A DNA stretch of 64,000 nt from Eledone cirrhosa. Taxonomy: Eukaryota. The position numbers and the translations under genes were made by a program. The notes beneath the pieces were generated by a model. That model did not search any database. It was given only the letters and a program-made list of their open reading frames with translations, and was not told the origin of the DNA. Positions 56,216-64,000 of this stretch are shown piece by piece. Location: contig OZ024750.1 in the NCBI GenBank assembly GCA_964016885.1, positions 1,116,001 to 1,180,000 on the forward strand, in the 5' to 3' direction. The stretch's first letter is position 1, and the number at the start of each line of letters is the position of its first letter.

Positions 56216-57014
56216 TTCCTTTATACCTTTCTCATTTCCTCACCATCACTCTATCCTTTTCTGGAAGAAATCTGGTGTATTCAAACGTGGAGAGGAGATG
56301 GGTTCCGCTAGGTTTCAAATTGTTTTTACAAAAGCCGTTTGTCAATATGGCACCCCTAAGATTTCCCCAAGTGTTACGGGTCCAGGCATACAGTTACTGC
56401 ACCTCGTTTTCTTATAGTCAACAGTAGCATTCTTAAAATTTGTTACAGAATATTTCCCCATACTTCTATCTTTCTTTTTCCTGTATTCTTACTTTTTATT
56501 TTTTATCTCATCGTTATAATCTTCACTCTTAAACCTCTACCACCATAAATTCTCTCTCTACATCAGAATTTTTACCTTGTCAATCTGGTCATATTTTATG
56601 ACTTTAATTCATGTTATTCAATATCATTATATCCAGAACTATAATCATTATATTTGTAACCCTACATTTACACCACATTTAATACAACAAACATTGAAAT
56701 ATTATGTAAATGAAGTGTTGAAAGTAAAACACTAACTGTTATAGATATAAATAACATAATAGTGATTTTATTTCCAAGCTGTCTGAGATGAATTTCTATA
56801 GTCAACAGCCTGAGTTCCAACTGTTGCTATCTCTGTTTCTCTAGTTACTGCTGTTGCCATCACTGCACCAATTATCACCATCAATATCACTATTACTGCA
56901 GTCTACATTCTATTAACCCTATTATCTTAGTTACGTCAGAAAGTGTATTGATATTGATTTTTTTCTAAACATTTAAGACAAAAAAATTAATAAGATATAT
57001 ATAATATATATGTA

Positions 57015-57046
<32 letters not shown>

Positions 57047-57047
57047 C

Positions 57048-57126
<79 letters not shown>

Positions 57127-57179
57127 CTTATATATATATATATATACATATATATATACATATATATATATATACATAC

Positions 57180-57210
<31 letters not shown>

Positions 57211-57309
57211 CATATATATATACATATATATATACATATATATATACATACATATATATACATATATATATATATATACATATATATATACATATATTTA
57301 TATACATAC

Positions 57310-57364
<55 letters not shown>

Positions 57365-57381
57365 CATACATATATATATAC

Positions 57382-57414
<33 letters not shown>

Positions 57415-57950
57415 CATACATATATATGTACATATACATACTTATATATATATATATACATGTATATATTCAGACATATATACAGACATACATATATATA
57501 TATACATATATATATAACTGTCTGTTTCATCATTAACTTTTCATTTGTTGTACTTGTTGTTGTTGCTGCTCTTTTGTTTTGTTCATCATTCAGACGTTTA
57601 TAGAAATAACAGAGCAAATACTTATATAGATATCATCCACACTGGAAACAGTGATGAATCATAATTCTACTTGTATTAATCTACTTAGCAAAAATATCGA
57701 ATATAATATTGAGTTAGTGTCGCAGATAAATGAACATAGGATATCATTAAATAGAATAACGCCCACCAAAACTCTGACAGTTCTAACACATTTATAGAGT
57801 ATCTAAGTCTCTAAGTCAAAGCAAAGACTGTGTGTTGTTAAACTGTGTAATATATGTTTAGTTTTTTTACACGTTTACTCCTTTATTGGTGTCAGACATT
57901 GAAGTTACATGTTGGGGCACCGCCTTTGTACGAGAATGTCCATAGAGAAT

Positions 57951-58155
57951 GTACAAAGGTTGGCTGAACGGTTATTAAGCTGACCAAAATACTCTCATGG
58001 AATGACCAAATGGGGTTTATTTTTTCAACATACTCCCTGGACAGAAAGATTGCAGTTATTGATAAGAAAAGTTGAAATTAATGTATGCTAGATTTCACAG
58101 CTCTAGCATGATCCATCCATAGCCAGCCTATGAACATTTAAGCCTATTTTTGTAT
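57951..58155 (-). mobile_element. Mariner-type MITE copy
   Basis: GCTGACCAAAATACTCTCATGGAATGACCAAATG...TTTCACAGCTCTAGCATG. Confidence 0.7.
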
Positions 58156-58244
58156 TAAAATACAGTCGTCAGTTTAAAATGGCGTCTAAATAAGTCTCCT
58201 AATTATTTCAAAACATTCGAACAACTATTCAGAAGTTCTGTAAC

Positions 58245-58420
58245 ACTTTACGACATAGAGTTATGGCACTTTACGTTCTGATTCAAATATCGCTGAGGTT
58301 AGCTTTGTCTTTCATCCTTACAGGGGCGATAAAATAAAGTACCAGTAATGCACTGAGGTTGATTTAATTGACTCCCCTCCCCAAGAATTGTTGGCCTTGT
58401 GCCTAAATCAGAAAACATTA
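58245..58420 (+). mobile_element. 5'-truncated SINE copy with (TTA)n tail
   Basis: CATAGAGTTATGGC...CGATAAAATAAAGTACCAG...GGCCTTGTGCCTAAA, followed by (ATT)n. Confidence 0.8.
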
Positions 58421-59130
58421 TTATTATTATTATTATTATTATCTCAGATAATTCCACGAACATATTAGCCAATTGATAACGAGGTCCGAATCTGATAACT
58501 TCATGTGCTCTAATGCCCTCTATCGTACTTCTATATGAAGGACCCTAATGTAAACTTTAATATCTGTGTTTTATCGCTTCTCATATCCACATTTCACGAT
58601 ATAGATACAAATATAAAAATACAGTTGCTATTTCTCATATGACCATTTTATGGAGATCGAAGAATCTGATAAAGAATTGATTTGTTTTAATCATTGATCT
58701 CCAAGGAGCGGGTATTATTCATTGTCTGAGAAAATAACAAAACAATTGGGTGTTTAAGTGAGATAAATATTAGTATTTATTTAGTATTTATATTAGTATT
58801 TATCTCACTCAAAGTATATCGCAGCAACATATGCGAATAAAAACTTTCTTTATAGAAAATATGATAACCTCAAATCCTCAGAGGTTTGGAAGAGTTTGTG
58901 GAATATTATGCAATGGACTGAACCCATTTTAGGTCACACTAAGGAATGAAGTTTCATCGTTCACCAACAACTTGTAGCATCAATGGTGGTGCTCCAGCTT
59001 GGCCTCAGCCTGTGGGCAATAGAGTTACCTCTTACTCTATTTCTTTATTTTACGTATCGTTCCATGAATGCATGCATGCATGAATATATGTATGTGTGTG
59101 AGTATGTGTGTGTGTGAGTGTGTGAGTGTG

Positions 59131-59203
<73 letters not shown>

Positions 59204-60081
59204 TTCCCCCAACGTATTTCGGCGAGAAAAAGGAAAAACCAGTGTTTTAGGAATGAAAACCGTTGAGATTTTCTATGCATTTAAATAGGCTAAATGTATT
59301 CCTCTGTATTTGATCTTCAGAGCAATTAATAGTTAACAATTGATAATGTTTCACATTCTTTCAGTTGTATATTCTTTTCATAAATTATTCTGAAAACAAT
59401 TAATCAGAATACTGTTTCTCTCAGCCTAATGTCCTCTAAAAACCATTAAAAACCATAGAAACATCCTTCCACACATGGTTCTTACCAAATTTATATCTAC
59501 TAACAGCGGAATATAGGTTTACAAATGTATGAAATGTTTAATTGATTGGTCTATCAGATCAATGAGATAAGTATATGCATTGATAATAGATTGCTGATGG
59601 AAAATTCTAGGAAGAAACAGACTATAAAAATATATATAAAAATGAGAAATGATGTCAAATCGATATGTGGGTAAATCAATAGATTCTGTTAATACTCTTT
59701 CGTCTCAGTAGATATATATGTCAACATGATTTTATCATATGGTCGTATATATCAGTATATTTGTACTAATATATTAAGAAATTATTGTTATACTAACATT
59801 TATATAACAATGTTCAATATATAATAATTTATATTACATACCCAACAGTTCAGAAAAATTAATTTTTCAAAATTTATGTGTCTAAAGAAAATATTTGTTT
59901 AGAAAAGAAATGTCTGCGTTGAAATAAATTTGAATGACTAAACGTTTTGTACTTTAAATCTTTTCATGGCATATATCCCAGAAAACTATAGCCTTCACCT
60001 GTTCAGGTTCGATAAATTGTAACCAGTGATATAAGTTAATCAAATCTATCTGGTACCATTTAATTATTTCATTTGAACAAC

Positions 60082-60221
<140 letters not shown>

Positions 60222-60535
60222 CTTCCCCTCTCTCTATCTAGCTATCTGTGCGAAATTACGTATATGAATATGAATTTTAGTGTCATTTTAGCCGCAAAGA
60301 AGGTTTTCAGTGAGCAATACCAGATGGATTTACTTTTCCTAGTAGTAGTAGTAGTAGTAGTAGCTATGGTTATGTTGGTACTTGTAGGTCACCAATATAA
60401 TAATTAGAAGATACCATAAAGATCTGCTGATTTGTAATTAGATTGGTTAATCTCAGAGAAATATTCTTAAGAAGGTTATTAAATTTATTTTTAGGTTAAT
60501 TGGTATGTTTCTAAATGTATATATATATATATATG

Positions 60536-60658
<123 letters not shown>

Positions 60659-60699
60659 CTATTAGTTTTGTGGTAAGAGTAATATAATGAATTATGGAG

Positions 60700-61190
60700 G
60701 TTCCAGGTAACATCAAAGATGTTGATAGAGATGAGGTTACTATCAATATTCATTTGAAAAAGACAGGTAATTTTCCTCAGTATTTGTCGTGGGTTGAGGT
60801 TTAAGCTACTTAACAAGAATTGACCATCGCCTCCATAAATGTCAAATTTAATTGAGCGAAATTTAGATTTTAAATTGGATAAGATAGAATGACAACATCG
60901 CTAACTTCTGCTGAAACTTTAGAAGAGCGACATCTTTAAGTATCTCTTTTAATGGGGTCCATAAATCTAATAGACGGGTTTAAATCTGGGTTTACCTTTG
61001 AATGTCATAAGAATATGACATTCAAAGGTAAAGTATGACTGTTCAGGTGTGATGCATTCGATTCGTCACTAATGTTTTCAAGTCCAGTCGTAATATTTTC
61101 TTAGGTCTTGCTGTAATTCAAAGTGTTCCTGTTTATTTATATGTTACTTCTTAAATTAGATTAAAAAATCTGCCGTTTCCTACATAATGA
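60700..61190 (-). pseudogene. Possible highly decayed CR1-like RT fragment
   Basis: Minus-strand peptide INKQEHFELQQDLRKYYDW resembles the LQxDLxxLxxW RT motif; LSSLNLNP lies further downstream. Confidence 0.3.
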
Positions 61191-61201
61191 ACGTCCGTGA
61201 A

Positions 61202-61300
<99 letters not shown>

Positions 61301-61405
61301 CGAAGGAAGTGTGGCAGGGAACCAGGTGGACCATAACGCACCAGTGTACTCGATACTTTGGGTAGTAGAATGGGTAATAGGAAAAGAGTCAGGACCCCTC
61401 TTTTC

Positions 61406-61438
<33 letters not shown>

Positions 61439-62130
61439 CATGTGTGTGCGTGTATGCGCGTGCGTATAATTGTGTATATATGCATATCACAGAGACATAG
61501 AAACGACCCCTATATTTATACGCTCATATTAAAACTAGTTTATTGTAGGTCATTGCTGTTGAGTTTTATAATTTATATAACGGCCTAGCGTACTGCGTCT
61601 TGTGCTATGTGTATATGGTGTGGTGCACCATAATGATATTATATCATAATTCATGTAAACAGGAATAAATAGAGAGTATCAGCAGACCTTCAGTAAATAT
61701 TGATCTACTTGTTACCAACGCAACAACCGCTAGAAAAGTGTCATGTCACTGAAAATATGTATAAAACTGAAACAAGAGAAAAGTAAAAATCCAAAAAACA
61801 GACAAACATGAATAGTTATTGTAGTAAGTATCTAGATTGTTGTCAGCTACAGACTGAGAAAATAGAAAAGTGAGAATGTGAAATATTAGCTGCACGATCG
61901 GGGGAGTGAACCAACATATACACGGACGCAATCAAACGCATACACGCACATACATACATACACATACATGGACACATATATACGTATATATATATATATT
62001 GAGCTGTTGATTTATATATTTATTTGTGTGTGTGCATGGTCCCGAAACTCCCGAGGGAGTCTTAAGGGCGTCATTTTCACATACAGCATCTCTAGGACAT
62101 CTTTTAAAGCCTGATAGAGCCCCTCTTCTC

Positions 62131-62203
<73 letters not shown>

Positions 62204-62471
62204 AAAGAGGGAAACTCTCAAAAAAGAACCTACGGCTTCGGAAGCATCCGATGATGTTGACCAGTTCTCCTTTTCGGGTAGTGTTTTCGATGCTCAGAGA
62301 GTGGGATTGATCGAGTGCAAGGCCTTTCCCCACTTTAAAAAAAGCCCTTCAAAGCGCAAACATTGCTTTTCAGGATCTTTTACAGGTTGTGTGGCTGGCC
62401 GTAGCCTAAAAGTGCACCATTTTCTGTAATCTGACAAGAGATTGCAATACTCTTAGCAGAATTTGCAGCCA

Positions 62472-62553
<82 letters not shown>

Positions 62554-63327
62554 ACGTATGAACGGAAAACTTTATCCCTGTTGAAAATAGTTCCTGTCAA
62601 TTTTTCTTTTATTCGTCCTTATATGTAACATAGTTTATAATAGGTGTTTATAAAGTAACACTGTTTTATCAAATGATTCTACTAGCGGCTTCATATGAAT
62701 ATAATAGATCTTAACAAGATGACAAAAGTCGATACAATTCTGACGTTTTAGATTATATAGCTTCACTTTCCAAACGTCTGTTTTCTGCTTGTTGAGCTGT
62801 TGATTTGTACATTTATTTTACTCGAAATAATTCACTTCTTTCCCTCAAATTCTTTGTGGATATTCACACTATTTTCTTATTCCTGTTTACTAAGTAATAA
62901 TCTCGTTGAAACGAGAATATCAACAACAACAATTACAGCAATGACACCCAGACGTTTGAGAGTTATAAAAACCCAATAAAATAATATAAATGATATATAA
63001 AAGAAACGAAACATTAAAAGTGGAAGAAAAAATATGTAATGAAATTGAGAAATAATAGAAATTGGATTATTTCAATAGAGAGAAAACGAAATCAAACTGG
63101 GTGAACTTTTGAATTGACTAAAACGAACCTTTGTTTAAAGTGAGTTCGATGAAGTGAAGCTATCCTATTACTTCAATAGAAACAACAAAAAGGTTAGACG
63201 AGACAACCAAACAGGAGAATTTTCTACATGAACGTTTGACATGTTAGATGTAACAACCAAATGCCAAATCTCTGTAGAAATCACAGATCTCAACTTTACA
63301 TAAAGGCTTAATTGTTCAATGTATTTC

Positions 63328-63377
<50 letters not shown>

Positions 63378-63541
63378 TTTTAAAATATAGAAATGGCTTC
63401 TACAGGACTAAATCTGTTTCATTCGAAGGAAATCATTAGGAAAGCCGACTGTCAATATGATATGGTGGTATTTATACATTTTCTGGTGTTAGGTGATTCG
63501 AATGGATGGAGGTCATTGGCTGATCGATTAAAATAATGGGA

Positions 63542-63643
<102 letters not shown>

Positions 63644-64000
63644 TAAAATATATATATACGTTTTGTGAAAGAGTGTGTACGCTTATGTTTTTCTCATTTT
63701 GGCAAATCTATAAGAAAGTAATTTGGTCATAGTTTTAGCTTTCTTTCTAGTCTCTGTTTCCTGTTTTCGTCTTTTATTTACATGATTTATATCAATATTT
63801 CTCGAGTGTCTGATAATTGGTAGTACTTAAAAATATTAAAAATATTACAGACTTTCTCTATATTGATTCAACATAAGAAATCGTTAAAAATACATTATAG
63901 TAATATTCTATGTATTATTGTAAATTGTAAAATGATTAAAATAGGCATTTCTTTCTATTTTAAAACAATGTTTAATCGTCCAAATAAAGAGATATATGTT

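Overview
AT-rich eukaryotic genomic DNA saturated with microsatellites. The SINE and MITE families and the repeat landscape suggest a cephalopod (octopus-like) genome; this is an inference. Almost all predicted ORFs are artefacts of (TA)n, (CA)n, (GA)n, (GGT)n and minisatellite arrays, and no host protein-coding gene can be firmly supported. The one clear coding feature is an apparently full-length L1/Tx1-clade non-LTR retrotransposon (22906-28698, + strand). It has ORF1 (CCHC knuckle), ORF2 (APE endonuclease, RT, zinc knuckle), one frameshift in each ORF and a perfect 20-bp target-site duplication. It sits at the end of a 1.5-kb CTAT-derived minisatellite, which also holds a second, ~60-bp 3'-end-only insertion of a related element, suggesting target preference. 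The rest of the window holds about a dozen tRNA-derived SINEs, mariner/Tc1-type MITEs and decayed RTE/CR1-like fragments. It also holds a notable set of (TA)n-anchored fold-back elements, some with decayed minimal hammerhead-ribozyme motifs (Penelope-like signature).
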